Assembly: GCA_040753675.1 (NCBI GenBank)
Contig: JBFMEB010000002.1
Location: 41,888 to 105,887, forward strand
Length of the DNA: 64,000 bases
Source of the DNA: Candidatus Omnitrophota bacterium
Lineage (GTDB): Bacteria > Omnitrophota > Gorgyraeia > JAHJTE01
Direction of reading: 5' to 3'
Part shown: piece after piece, positions 42,699 to 51,896 of the stretch
How the letters are laid out: each line of letters begins with the position of its first letter
Position numbering within the stretch: position 1 is the first letter of the stretch
The notes under the pieces: generated by a model
Databases searched by the model: none
The model's input: the letters and a program-made list of their open reading frames with translations, nothing else
What the model was told of the DNA's origin: nothing
Made by a program: the position numbers and the translations under genes

Positions 42699-42893
42699 TT
42701 AAGCTCTACATTCTCCACGCATAGATTTGTGAAAACACTCTAAACACTTAGGACACAACCCATCGCTACAGTTCCAATCGGGATGTTTCTTCTTAATCTC
42801 ATCGATAATGTGAAGCTCGGCATGATGAATATATTTTACTAAGTCTCTTTCAACCTTTTGGTTGCAGGTTGAGCAGATGTAGTATTCCGGCAT
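42699..42893 (-). CDS. small Cys-rich (zinc-ribbon-like) protein
   Basis: CSTC...CSDGLCPKCLEC pattern. Confidence 0.3.
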   Translation of the reverse strand: MPEYYICSTCNQKVERDLVKYIHHAELHIIDEIKKKHPDWNCSDGLCPKCLECFHKSMRGECRA

Positions 42894-42905
42894 TTTCTAT
42901 TTCCC

Positions 42906-44321
42906 CTATTCCACGCAACAGCTCATTCTTTTAGGATCATGTTTAAAGGATTGAGCAACAATTTTTATCGCTTCCGAAAAAGCGGGAAAGATATGCACGG
43001 TATCAATAATCTCATCTATGGTGAGACCAAATTTTACGGCTAAAGTTGCCTCATGAATTATCTCTGAGGCAAGGCTGGAAACTATATGCACACCCAAAAT
43101 TTTCTTTGTCTCATGGTCAAGCACCATAAAGATAAGACCTCTTGTATCTTTTATTGCTTTCGCCTTAGGAATTCTGTCCATCTTAACCGTTGAACATAAG
43201 CAGGTGCCGAATTTAACCATATAATCAGATTCTTTTATCCCCACACTGGCAACCTGTGGAGAGGTAAAGACAGCATAAGGGATACTATTAAAATCCATCT
43301 TAATCTTTGAATCTTTAAGCGCATTCTGCGTGGCAATATTTCCTTCTTTGGCAGCTACGGTCTCAAGCCACGGCGCTCCAATTATATCTCCTGCGGCATA
43401 AATATGAGGTTTTGCTGTCTGTAGGTAATCATTTACCTTAACAAATCCATTTTTATCCACTTCAATTGCGGTATTTTCTAATCCCAATTCTTGACTGTTT
43501 CCCATAACGCCCGTAGCTAATAAAATTTCTTCTGTTTCAATATTCTCAATATTCCCCTCCTTTTCAATCTGCACAATCTTTTTCTTATCCTTGCGAACGT
43601 TTTTTGTTTTTGCGCCGGTAATTATCCTTATTCCTTCATCCTCAAGAGACTTTCTTAATTCCTCAGAAACTACTGGCTCTGATTGGGGTAGAATGCGCTC
43701 CATTAACTCCACAATCGTAACTCGACTGCCTAATCTAGAAAAAATCTGTCCAAATTCCAAACCAATAGGGCCTGCCCCAATTACAATCAGGCTTTCGGGC
43801 AAACTCTTCAGTTCCAAGGCGGTGCGATTTGTTAAAAATCCAACCTCTTTTAACCCTTCGATGGGGATAATCTTCGTAGATGAACCGGTAGCGATGATAA
43901 ACTTAGAAGCAGAGAATTTATCGCCGTTTATTTCTATTTCATTTTGGGATATGAAATGTGCCTTACCTTCTTTAAAAGTTACTTTAGGTAGATTTTTAAG
44001 TACATCTTCGTAGTTAGATTTTCTTAAGGAATCGACCAAGATATTTTTCTCTTCAATAAGTTTAGTAAAATCGATCTTAGCAGAGGAAACTAAAGAATCA
44101 AAACGACTGTGATTTGCGTTATGATAATCACTTGCTACTTCTAATAAAAACTTTGTGGGCACACAGCCGACATTTACACATGTACCACCCATAGGCAAAC
44201 CTGAATTTACCATTAAGGTCTTGGCCCCTAATTCATCTGCCTTAATTGCTGCAGCAAAACCCGCAGCGCCACCACCAATAATGATTAAATCAAATTTATT
44301 ATCTGAAATAGAACAGCACAT
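42906..44321 (-). CDS. merA: mercuric reductase-like class I pyridine nucleotide-disulfide oxidoreductase
   Basis: Redox-active GGTCVNVGCVPTK, FAD/NAD Rossmann motifs, and a C-terminal vicinal Cys pair (...RMSCCVE) characteristic of MerA. No NmerA domain. Confidence 0.65.
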   Translation of the reverse strand: MCCSISDNKFDLIIIGGGAAGFAAAIKADELGAKTLMVNSGLPMGGTCVNVGCVPTKFLLEVASDYHNANHSRFDSLVSSAKIDFTKLIEEKNILVDSLRKSNYEDVLKNLPKVTFKEGKAHFISQNEIEINGDKFSASKFIIATGSSTKIIPIEGLKEVGFLTNRTALELKSLPESLIVIGAGPIGLEFGQIFSRLGSRVTIVELMERILPQSEPVVSEELRKSLEDEGIRIITGAKTKNVRKDKKKIVQIEKEGNIENIETEEILLATGVMGNSQELGLENTAIEVDKNGFVKVNDYLQTAKPHIYAAGDIIGAPWLETVAAKEGNIATQNALKDSKIKMDFNSIPYAVFTSPQVASVGIKESDYMVKFGTCLCSTVKMDRIPKAKAIKDTRGLIFMVLDHETKKILGVHIVSSLASEIIHEATLAVKFGLTIDEIIDTVHIFPAFSEAIKIVAQSFKHDPKRMSCCVE

Positions 44322-44340
44322 TTGCTTTCCTCCTTGCTTT

Positions 44341-44898
44341 TTAAGGCTGACAAATTTTCAATCCTTTTCTTACAAATCTCTCAAAATCTTTTAAGGCTTT
44401 CTTCTGAATCGGGTTGATATGAACTTCTGGCCGCTTATCTTTTACGAAATTAATTGCATCTTTTGTATTCATCTTCTGCGTTAGAATTAAAAAACTTGCT
44501 ACAAAGGTTAGAGAGCGGCTGTGGCCGTGTTCGCAATGGACATAGGTTTTTATCTTCTGGTCAGTTAAAGATTTTAAGAAACAGCTACCAGCTAAAAGCT
44601 GTTCAGGCGAAAGCGGCTTGTGCTCTTTTGTAGGAAGCCACAAGTAAAATTTTACCCCGAAAGGCGTATCAATCTTCTCTCTTTCTAAACTTATATCTGC
44701 CCTTATTCCTTTTTTAAGTAATTCTTTAATAAACCTCTTTTCTTCACAGCATTTGTTTGTGCCTATGTAGATATATTTGGTAATCTTAGAATAGCCAAAA
44801 GGCAAATCATCCGGATGGCGCATTATTTCCTCCCCAAGAATAGATGAAAGAAGCAACAAAGAAACAATAAAATCACCGCGATTAGATAAATTATCCAA
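44341..44898 (-). CDS. dual-specificity/protein-tyrosine phosphatase-like protein
   Basis: CX5R P-loop VHCEHGHSRS. Confidence 0.55.
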   Translation of the reverse strand: MDNLSNRGDFIVSLLLLSSILGEEIMRHPDDLPFGYSKITKYIYIGTNKCCEEKRFIKELLKKGIRADISLEREKIDTPFGVKFYLWLPTKEHKPLSPEQLLAGSCFLKSLTDQKIKTYVHCEHGHSRSLTFVASFLILTQKMNTKDAINFVKDKRPEVHINPIQKKALKDFERFVRKGLKICQP

Positions 44899-44902
44899 TC
44901 TT

Positions 44903-45490
44903 TCATTCCGCAGTCTCTTTTATTTCTCCGGGCGCACTGGCTTTATAACCAGTTTTATTTACGGCTTCAATGAGCTTGTTTAAATTTGTCTTTTTAGGGT
45001 CGAAGGCAACCTTAACTTTTCCTTCTTTAGCTGAGGCAGTGGCTTCAATTACACCATCTACTTTTTTAAGGCTAGATGAAACAGTAAGTTCACAAGTCAA
45101 ACAAGTCATTCCTTTAACTGGAATAATAATACTTTCAAGATTAGCTACAGAGGTTTTTGGGATAATACTGCTTGGCTTAGCTGTATAGGTATACAAATTT
45201 AAACCTACAAAGAAGGCGACAATAATAGTTGCCACTATTAAAGTGATTAGAGTTGCTTGCTTATTCTCCATCTGGCAACCTTTTAAGTTACAGGCCCTTC
45301 TTTCCTTAAAATAGTACTTCCAAGCAATGATAATTAACAAAACACCCGCACCCACAAACCACCAGTGATATTTCCCAATCACTGCGCCTATGCCAAGACT
45401 CCCTAATCCTACCATAACCAGCAAAAGTGGTCCCACACAACAAATCGAAGCAAAGATCGCTGAAAATATACCTAAATTTTTTGCTTTCAT
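44903..45490 (-). CDS. MerT-like membrane protein fused to C-terminal HMA (MerP-like) domain
   Basis: N-terminal TM with vicinal CC (ASICCVGPLL). C-terminal GMTCLTCE heavy-metal-associated fold. Confidence 0.55.
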   Translation of the reverse strand: MKAKNLGIFSAIFASICCVGPLLLVMVGLGSLGIGAVIGKYHWWFVGAGVLLIIIAWKYYFKERRACNLKGCQMENKQATLITLIVATIIVAFFVGLNLYTYTAKPSSIIPKTSVANLESIIIPVKGMTCLTCELTVSSSLKKVDGVIEATASAKEGKVKVAFDPKKTNLNKLIEAVNKTGYKASAPGEIKETAE

Positions 45491-45556
45491 AGAATACCTC
45501 CAACCCGCAGGAGGAAAGGAAACACCCTTAAAATGCTCCTATCCTCCTTCTAGAAT

Positions 45557-45805
45557 TTACGCAAAGAGACTTTTTACTTCTGCCAAACTCGGCTTTCCCA
45601 TCAGTCTAATCTTACCATCCACAACTACCGTAGGAACAGCCTTGATTCTATAATCCAAGGCTGGCTCACAGCATTCATCACCTTGGCATCTTCTTTCAAT
45701 TATCTCGCATTCACTACAAGCCTCTTGCCTTAAGATGCGTAATGTATCTTTGCAAAGAGGACAATCTGCTGTGAATACCTCAATTTTTCTCTTCATTTGA
45801 AACAC
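45557..45805 (-). CDS. glutaredoxin/thioredoxin-like small redox protein
   Basis: CPLC active-site-like motif near the N-terminus, 82 aa. Confidence 0.45.
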   Translation of the reverse strand: MFQMKRKIEVFTADCPLCKDTLRILRQEACSECEIIERRCQGDECCEPALDYRIKAVPTVVVDGKIRLMGKPSLAEVKSLFA

Positions 45806-45810
45806 CTCCT

Positions 45811-46107
45811 TTACTTTGCAAACTTATAGATTATATCCATAAGTTCATTATAGATTTCTTCTTGTTTCTCCTTACGTTTAGACTGCATTGCATCGGTAGC
45901 ACATATCTCTAAATAATTTCGCATCAGAACCTTACTTACACCTCTTAGGGCTTCGAAGGTAGAGGAGACCTGTTGCAGTATATCCAAACAGTAACGTTCA
46001 TCTTCTATCATATTTTTCATACCTTTAATTTGCCCCTCAATACGGCTTAAACGATCTAAAAGTTCCGATTTTCTTTCTTTGGAAATACAGCCTTTTTTTG
46101 TAGCCAT
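45811..46107 (-). CDS. CsoR/RcnR/FrmR-family metal-sensing transcriptional repressor
   Basis: LDRLSRIEGQIKGMKNMIEDERYCLDILQQ... matches the DUF156 signature including the conserved Cys. Confidence 0.8.
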   Translation of the reverse strand: MATKKGCISKERKSELLDRLSRIEGQIKGMKNMIEDERYCLDILQQVSSTFEALRGVSKVLMRNYLEICATDAMQSKRKEKQEEIYNELMDIIYKFAK

Positions 46108-46212
46108 TTTTAGCCTCCTATATAGATATACTCCCTACCACTATAAGTATACCCTATAAAAAAGATTTGTCAAGAGAATTCTTTTCTTGGATATTGAGTG
46201 TAGCAAACCGAG

Positions 46213-46446
46213 CTAAAGCCTGCCTAATGAGAGCCTTATAGACATTACTAGATACTCAAGACATCTATCACAACCAAGTAAATGTTTTATAATTCTGTTT
46301 CGTTCTTTTCTACTTAATAATCCCTCTACAAAGCAGGCCAAAGTTTCTTCATCTGGACATCTCCTCTTGCGCTGAGGGAGATTCTTCTTCCAATGCCTGT
46401 AGACAACCCGAATAAGGTTTTCTAAGTGACTATTCTTTAATTTCAT
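46213..46446 (-). CDS. zf-HC2 (anti-sigma-factor-type) zinc-finger protein
   Basis: CPDEETLACFVEGLLSRKERNRIIKHLLGCDRC matches the H-x3-C-x2-C anti-sigma zinc finger. No TM segment. Confidence 0.45.
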   Translation of the reverse strand: MKLKNSHLENLIRVVYRHWKKNLPQRKRRCPDEETLACFVEGLLSRKERNRIIKHLLGCDRCLEYLVMSIRLSLGRL

Positions 46447-46805
46447 TTAGACAAAAATATCATAAGAAGTATCCGTCGTAATCTCTTCTTCCATTTATTC
46501 CAGGCCAAGAGATTTGGATTCCTTCTTCGCCTTTTACCTACTTTGCTAAATCTTTCCAGCCAGCGGTCAAATCTTATGGAGAGGATATCGCCAATGCCAT
46601 TGCCACAGCCATAGATGAGGATTAACCAGACATGGTGCAAATTCTCTACCACAATCACGATTACATAGTACCAAAGTAAAATTGAGATAACTGAAACGAT
46701 AAAGCTTAAAATCTGCCTATTCTTTTGTATCGTCTTGGTGTTGAAGGCAGAGAAAAAACTTTCCAGTGCTCCTACAATAAAAATCTTGATAGCATTTAGA
46801 ATCAT
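46443..46805 (-). CDS. hypothetical membrane protein
   Basis: Hydrophobic helices, basic C-terminus. 4-bp overlap with the downstream gene. Confidence 0.35.
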   Translation of the reverse strand: MILNAIKIFIVGALESFFSAFNTKTIQKNRQILSFIVSVISILLWYYVIVIVVENLHHVWLILIYGCGNGIGDILSIRFDRWLERFSKVGKRRRRNPNLLAWNKWKKRLRRILLMIFLSK

Positions 46806-46808
46806 AGA

Positions 46809-47174
46809 TTATCTTTTTCCTTCATTAGCAATTCTATCGCCGATAAAGTAAACAATCGCCGCATCACGTATAAATCCGATTATCTCTTTGAAGTCATCTT
46901 TTAAGGTATGATATTTCGAGACCATTACGGTTGTCTCGGCTTCATATTTCTGGCTTAATTCTTTGCTTAATTCTTCAGGGGTCTTATTCTTGCAGGATAT
47001 CTCCCCTGCTAAAGGAAGGCTTATCTTCTGGTCTGGGCGGACGATAGTCTTTTCATCTAATTTCTTCCAGATGACAACCCTTAATTCGTCTCCCACTCTT
47101 AAGCGATAGTCGCCTGCTGTGGCGCAGCCGGAAATAATAATTGAAATGCATAAAATTAAAGCAACATGTTTCAT
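46809..47174 (-). CDS. lipoprotein with polysaccharide-export (Wza N-terminal, Poly_export)-like domain
   Basis: Lipobox IISGC. YRLRVGDELRVVIW...ISLPLAGEIS pattern. Confidence 0.5.
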   Translation of the reverse strand: MKHVALILCISIIISGCATAGDYRLRVGDELRVVIWKKLDEKTIVRPDQKISLPLAGEISCKNKTPEELSKELSQKYEAETTVMVSKYHTLKDDFKEIIGFIRDAAIVYFIGDRIANEGKR

Positions 47175-48223
47175 CTCGATATCTCCTTAAATTCCGTTAT
47201 GGTTAAATCTGCATGGGCAACATAAAGGCTCTGATTCTTTAATTTCTCTAAGAATTCACTTGGACAATAGGAAAGGATGAGTTTATTTCCTTGATTGGGG
47301 TCTATTCTGATGACTTTGTATTCCTTCTCCTCGAATGACCAGAGGATGTCTTTTATGTTCTCGTAGCCTTCGTAGAAGATAAAGCCAGAGATTATGGAGT
47401 TTTTAGGAATATCTATTGAGTCAAAGAGGCAGTAGGAGTATTCCTTGTCTGAGACCTGTTTTTGGATTTTCTTTCCTAAGATGACATTTATCTTGTTTAT
47501 GATGATGGCTGAGTAGGCCCTATAGGTTACAAGGTAGATTCTGTCTTTGTTGTCTTCTATGATTAGGCCTTCATCTAAGACAGCTAATACAGAGAATTCC
47601 TCATCTACCGGCATCTGGGATTCAGCCCAGATGCCTTTTATTCTTACTTTGATGAGGTAATTCTCGGAGTATTTCTTTGCTTCCTCTATGGCGCCGTAGG
47701 TGGTCTGGGAAATTCTATAGAATAAAGACTTATAGCCGATAAAGGATAAGGGTGTGGTTATAGTTACAAGGAAAATCAATATGGCAAGCAGGATATATTC
47801 CCTCTTTGAGTTTACCTCAATACGCAAGGATTTATTCTCTGGAAAGACAAATCTTGAGGGGCTTGGGTAAAAGAAGGGAACTCCAGATATATTCGCCATA
47901 TCGAGCATAATATGGGAGATAATGCCTATGATTAGGCCTGCGTATTTAAGCAATCCTAAAAAGAAGATAAAGGGACTGAAAAGAAATAGGCTTATTATGA
48001 TAAATATCCAAGAATGGGTAATCTGTCTGTGGCCATATTTCTGCTCAATTATCTTAGAAGGTGGGAATATCTTGCCTATGGCTGATTTAGGGGTGTCTAT
48101 ATCTGGTAAAAGAGAGCCTATACCGCTTAATGCTAAGGTTGTGGTATTTGGCTCTATTCCTAAGCTGGTTAGGATAAACTCTGTTAAAAGCACTCCAAAG
48201 GATATATGGGTAACTGAGATCAT
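47171..48223 (-). CDS. membrane protein, N-terminal DUF457/YdjM-like metal-dependent hydrolase region
   Basis: MISVTHISFGVLL...LLPDIDTPKS start typical of the DUF457 family. Several TM helices. Confidence 0.4.
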   Translation of the reverse strand: MISVTHISFGVLLTEFILTSLGIEPNTTTLALSGIGSLLPDIDTPKSAIGKIFPPSKIIEQKYGHRQITHSWIFIIISLFLFSPFIFFLGLLKYAGLIIGIISHIMLDMANISGVPFFYPSPSRFVFPENKSLRIEVNSKREYILLAILIFLVTITTPLSFIGYKSLFYRISQTTYGAIEEAKKYSENYLIKVRIKGIWAESQMPVDEEFSVLAVLDEGLIIEDNKDRIYLVTYRAYSAIIINKINVILGKKIQKQVSDKEYSYCLFDSIDIPKNSIISGFIFYEGYENIKDILWSFEEKEYKVIRIDPNQGNKLILSYCPSEFLEKLKNQSLYVAHADLTITEFKEISR

Positions 48224-49179
48224 TGCTGGGCTCCTCTTCTTGCCTGTCTGTAAAGTAGATACCGGATAAATATGCCTATGCCTGTTAAGGCGCCAAATAA
48301 GGCGTAACCTTGGTATTCGCCAAAGCCTCTGTATACGAATCTCATCACGATAAAGAAGGCAAAGATTAGAATCACAAATGGCGAGGCATCAATCTCTTTT
48401 ATGCCGCTTCCGTGGATGAACATCTCTCTGACATAGGATTTTGTTATAACTTTTTGGGTCTTGGCGCGGTTTAGGGTTTCAACGATTGATAAGGGTATGC
48501 CTGAGGTATTGGCTATGACTTGATTGATGAAGAAGTCTCTGCATTTGACTTTTAGACGTTTTAATCTGATCAATCTATCTACAAGCAGTTTTGATTCATC
48601 CTTTGTTAGGGGTTCTATTTCGATGATATCAAACTGCCAGAAGAATCTTCGTAAGGTCCTTATTCTTCTTATGAATTGGCAGGCGCCGAAGATAATGCAG
48701 AGGCTTGAGAGCTCTTGTAATATGTCTGCGGTAGATGAGGTGATTTCCTCTAAGTGGTCAAAGATGAGGATAAAGGGCCTGGTTTTTGATTTTTCTTCTA
48801 GAAGTAGGATTACCTCCTCAGTAAGTTCTGTGACGGTTAAGCGTTTAATCTGTTTTTGTTGTTTCTGGGAGACTTTTTTCTTTAAGGTTATGTAAAGATT
48901 GATAAGCGTTTCTTTGACGGGTTTGAATTTCTCGATATAAAGATAAGGCCTTCTTTTTTCTTTAAGATGCTGGCAGAGGAGCTTTAAGATATGGGTCTTA
49001 CCTGTGCCGGGCTTTCCTAAAAGAAGGGTAGGAATTCCTTCATCTAAATTCTTGATGAGCTTCTTTAGTTCTTCTTCTCTGCCTATTGTGAAGTTAAGGA
49101 GATGTTGATCCATTGGTAAAGTCTTCCTTTCTAAAGGAGAAGGAAAATACCTTGTCGTAGACAGCGCCTTGGAATACAT
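48220..49179 (-). CDS. AAA family ATPase (ExeA/TniB-like) with C-terminal membrane helices
   Basis: Walker A LLLGKPGTGKTH, Walker B LIFDHLEE. Confidence 0.6.
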   Translation of the reverse strand: MYSKALSTTRYFPSPLERKTLPMDQHLLNFTIGREEELKKLIKNLDEGIPTLLLGKPGTGKTHILKLLCQHLKEKRRPYLYIEKFKPVKETLINLYITLKKKVSQKQQKQIKRLTVTELTEEVILLLEEKSKTRPFILIFDHLEEITSSTADILQELSSLCIIFGACQFIRRIRTLRRFFWQFDIIEIEPLTKDESKLLVDRLIRLKRLKVKCRDFFINQVIANTSGIPLSIVETLNRAKTQKVITKSYVREMFIHGSGIKEIDASPFVILIFAFFIVMRFVYRGFGEYQGYALFGALTGIGIFIRYLLYRQARRGAQQ

Positions 49180-49762
49180 AAGTTATCTGGATTGAGACTT
49201 TGTAGTAGGGCTGGTCTGTTATAAGATAGAGTTTAAAGTCTGCCTCTGGGCCTCTTTTTAGGTTCTGGCCTACTACCCCTACGCTTGAAAGGACATATCT
49301 TATCCTGTCATTTGAGATTTTTACAGAGATATCGGATAAGATTTCGATGAAGATATCTTGTATCTTCTCAGCTGATGAGACTTTAATTTTCAAGATATCG
49401 CCTTTTAGGTCTGCCTTTACATCTAAGCCGACATCAGGGCCTTTTGGTTCGATTAAGGGAACGAAGGTTTCTTTCATAGTCTTATATTCTCCTATCCATT
49501 CTTTTACTGTGTATTGGACTGTGAATTTGGTTTTTATGTTAGATACATTTATCCTCTGCCCTTGCTTTAGGCCTCCTAAGTAGCGGTAGAAGGGAAAAAT
49601 TATTTCCAGGTGAAGAATATCCTTTTTTCCTGTGTTTATGAGGTATCTTCCATCGTAGATGAGCTTGGATTTTGGAGAATAGGTCTTCTGTTCTTCTTCG
49701 GCATAGAGAAGGCTTGTTGCGATAAAGAGAATTAGGATCAAGGTTATCCATTTTGGCTTCAT
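49094..49762 (-). CDS. secreted hypothetical protein
   Basis: Signal peptide MKPKWITLILILFIATSLLYA. Confidence 0.4.
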   Translation of the reverse strand: MKPKWITLILILFIATSLLYAEEEQKTYSPKSKLIYDGRYLINTGKKDILHLEIIFPFYRYLGGLKQGQRINVSNIKTKFTVQYTVKEWIGEYKTMKETFVPLIEPKGPDVGLDVKADLKGDILKIKVSSAEKIQDIFIEILSDISVKISNDRIRYVLSSVGVVGQNLKRGPEADFKLYLITDQPYYKVSIQITYVFQGAVYDKVFSFSFRKEDFTNGSTSP

Positions 49763-49967
49763 TTAGTTCTCCTGATTGTCTATATCTACGATATATTCAG
49801 AGCTCTGATAGTGGATTGAGATTACCCTTGAGTCACGAATTTCGATGATTATCATTCCCCTTTTTGTGCCTTCAATCTTCGATTTAATCCAAACGATTAA
49901 TTTGTTGTGTAAGGGTGCATGTGTTGTGTTCCAGTCCTTGGTCATTTTAGAACCCTCCTTTCGTTTT

Positions 49968-50510
49968 TTATTTGCAGTCTTCCAAGAGAGAATTGAAATA
50001 CCGGATAAATTCCTCTGCGACTTGTTTTGATTTAATGAGCACATTCGATTCGTTGTTCTTGGATAAGGCGTAATAAGACCAGTTTGTGCTTCCTATGATT
50101 GTGATGTAGCGGTCTATGACGATGAGTTTGTTGTGGGTTGAGGTATAAAGGCTGTCGTAGTAGACTTTGATACCTCTATTTTCAAGCACCTCTCCTGTTT
50201 CATAGTTTTTGTCTGAGTTAGCTTTTCCGAAGTCTTTTGACTGTTCAAGGATAACTATTACTTTAACTCCCCTTTGAGTTGCATCGGCTAATGCTTCGAT
50301 AAGAAGATTTGTGGGGGTTGAATAATATTTACGATAATACCTTGCCTCATACATAACGATATAGATTGATTCCTTGGCTCCAGATATAGCCTTGTGCACT
50401 ACCTCAAAGTAGTCTTGATTATTCAAAGGCAATACATCATCGGCTGGAAGGGCGAATACAATTTGAGTGATGGTAAGTAATGCTACTAAGGTTAATATTA
50501 ACTTTCTCAT
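49968..50510 (-). CDS. secreted phospholipase-D-family (Nuc-like) endonuclease
   Basis: Signal peptide. HKD motif HNKLIVID...GSTNWS. Confidence 0.75.
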   Translation of the reverse strand: MRKLILTLVALLTITQIVFALPADDVLPLNNQDYFEVVHKAISGAKESIYIVMYEARYYRKYYSTPTNLLIEALADATQRGVKVIVILEQSKDFGKANSDKNYETGEVLENRGIKVYYDSLYTSTHNKLIVIDRYITIIGSTNWSYYALSKNNESNVLIKSKQVAEEFIRYFNSLLEDCK

Positions 50511-50512
50511 TT

Positions 50513-50833
50513 TTAGGGCCTCCTTTGAATTAAGTTAAGAAAATCTTTTAGGTTTAAGATTATGTAGTTGGCCTTATCGTTTTTGTACTTAAAGACCAGA
50601 AGCGGTATCCTGCCCTGAGCTTGTGCTTCTTTTTCAATTTTCTTAAGCCAATCTTTTTCTATCGCAATCTGCTTCTTGCCAGATGAGCCGCGAAGTTTAC
50701 ATTCAATTAAAAACTTATCTGTAATCACATCACCAGGCATAGAAGACAAGCTTCCACTTAAAGGAATTCTTTTACCTCCTATGAGTCTTGCTATTCTTCT
50801 TTCCATTGCTTTGTGGGTATTTTTGTGTGTCAT
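50513..50833 (-). CDS. Hjc-like Holliday-junction resolvase / PD-(D/E)XK nuclease
   Basis: GxERRxARLIGG...GS...DV...IECK...pattern of archaeal-type Hjc resolvases. Confidence 0.45.
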   Translation of the reverse strand: MTHKNTHKAMERRIARLIGGKRIPLSGSLSSMPGDVITDKFLIECKLRGSSGKKQIAIEKDWLKKIEKEAQAQGRIPLLVFKYKNDKANYIILNLKDFLNLIQRRP

Positions 50834-50931
50834 TTGTGTTTGTGTGTTTTAAATATAAATATAAAGCGAAAATCTTGAGATACCTCCAAAACCCTCCCAC
50901 CCATCGCATACTTTTTAAAAAACTATCCCAC

Positions 50932-51270
50932 TCATTGCACAGTTTTAGGGGTAATCTCACCTTGGCAGTGGTTGATATTGGCTAATGTGCCTTTACCTTG
51001 TCTATTAGGGTTCTTTCCTAACCGGTAAGGATAAAGAGCGCAGTCTGTAAAATTGCACTCTTTGACTTCCTTCCATTCAAACCCAGAGCAGTCATAACAG
51101 CGCATCTTTATTGCTTTAAGGACCGGCTCTTTAAAGCCTTCTGCTCTTTTTCCCTGTCTTAAAGGATGGATGGGGCAATCTTCAGCCGGGCAAAGTTTTA
51201 CTTCCTTTGGCTGATCACCACAGCACCAGAAGCAATACTTTTTAACTGCGTATAATGGACCTGTTCTCAT
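50932..51270 (-). CDS. Cys-rich hypothetical phage protein
   Basis: Multiple CxxC/CxxxC motifs. Confidence 0.3.
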   Translation of the reverse strand: MRTGPLYAVKKYCFWCCGDQPKEVKLCPAEDCPIHPLRQGKRAEGFKEPVLKAIKMRCYDCSGFEWKEVKECNFTDCALYPYRLGKNPNRQGKGTLANINHCQGEITPKTVQ

Positions 51271-51896
51271 CTTGCCACCTCCTCGCCAAATTCCTGCCTT
51301 ATAACTTCGCCTATAAGAACCGGCTCTTTTAGGCGCTCTTTAAAATTGGATTTTCTGTTTTTAAAGAATTGAGATTGAGAAAAATTCCCCTTTTCTTTAA
51401 TACTTTCTTTATATATATTTCTTTCTTTATTTTGTGTGGTGTCCTGCAAGACACCTTTTAAGGTGTCTTGGGGGACACCACCTGGTGTCTTACAGGACAC
51501 CTCTGGGGTGTCTCTCAAGACACCACCTTTTAAAGTTATCCACAACTTCCACTGTGGATATCTCTTATTTAAGCCAAGGATGTTTTTGGTTCTATTTTTC
51601 TCTTTGACAAGCACTCGGTCGTTGATTAACTGCTCTACTACCTTTTTGACATAGCGCTTGTTTAAGCCGGTTAGATAAGAGATAACTCCGTAACTTATCT
51701 CTGATTTTTTCTTACGCCAGCCATAGGTCTTTCTCATAACGACCAAGAGCACTTTAATCTGGGCAGCAGTGAAAGGATAAGCGATAATTGCCTCTAAAAG
51801 CTCATTGGCAATTCGCGTATGACCTTTCTCAAGCTGGGGGCTACCTATTCTCAAAGTCAAACTCCTTCTGATACCTGATGCCAAATTTATCCTCAA
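51267..51896 (-). CDS. phage replisome-organizer/replication initiator (lambda O-like N-terminal HTH)
   Basis: N-terminal HTH region (VISYLTGLNKRYVKKVVEQLINDRVL). Gene body contains four ori-type iterons. Confidence 0.55.
   Translation of the reverse strand: MRINLASGIRRSLTLRIGSPQLEKGHTRIANELLEAIIAYPFTAAQIKVLLVVMRKTYGWRKKKSEISYGVISYLTGLNKRYVKKVVEQLINDRVLVKEKNRTKNILGLNKRYPQWKLWITLKGGVLRDTPEVSCKTPGGVPQDTLKGVLQDTTQNKERNIYKESIKEKGNFSQSQFFKNRKSNFKERLKEPVLIGEVIRQEFGEEVAR
51438..51524. repeat. four iterons GGTGTC-N6-GACACC (putative phage origin)
   Basis: 18-bp units at 51438, 51462, 51484 and 51507, spacing 22-24 bp. Each unit has perfect 6-bp inverted arms. Confidence 0.7.

Noticed and set aside
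49763-50044. 93-aa ORF overlapping the 3' end of the PLD gene
   Set aside because: The long form overlaps the PLD CDS by 77 nt. A shorter 60-aa version (49763-49948) is possible but has no supporting features, so it is not listed as a feature.
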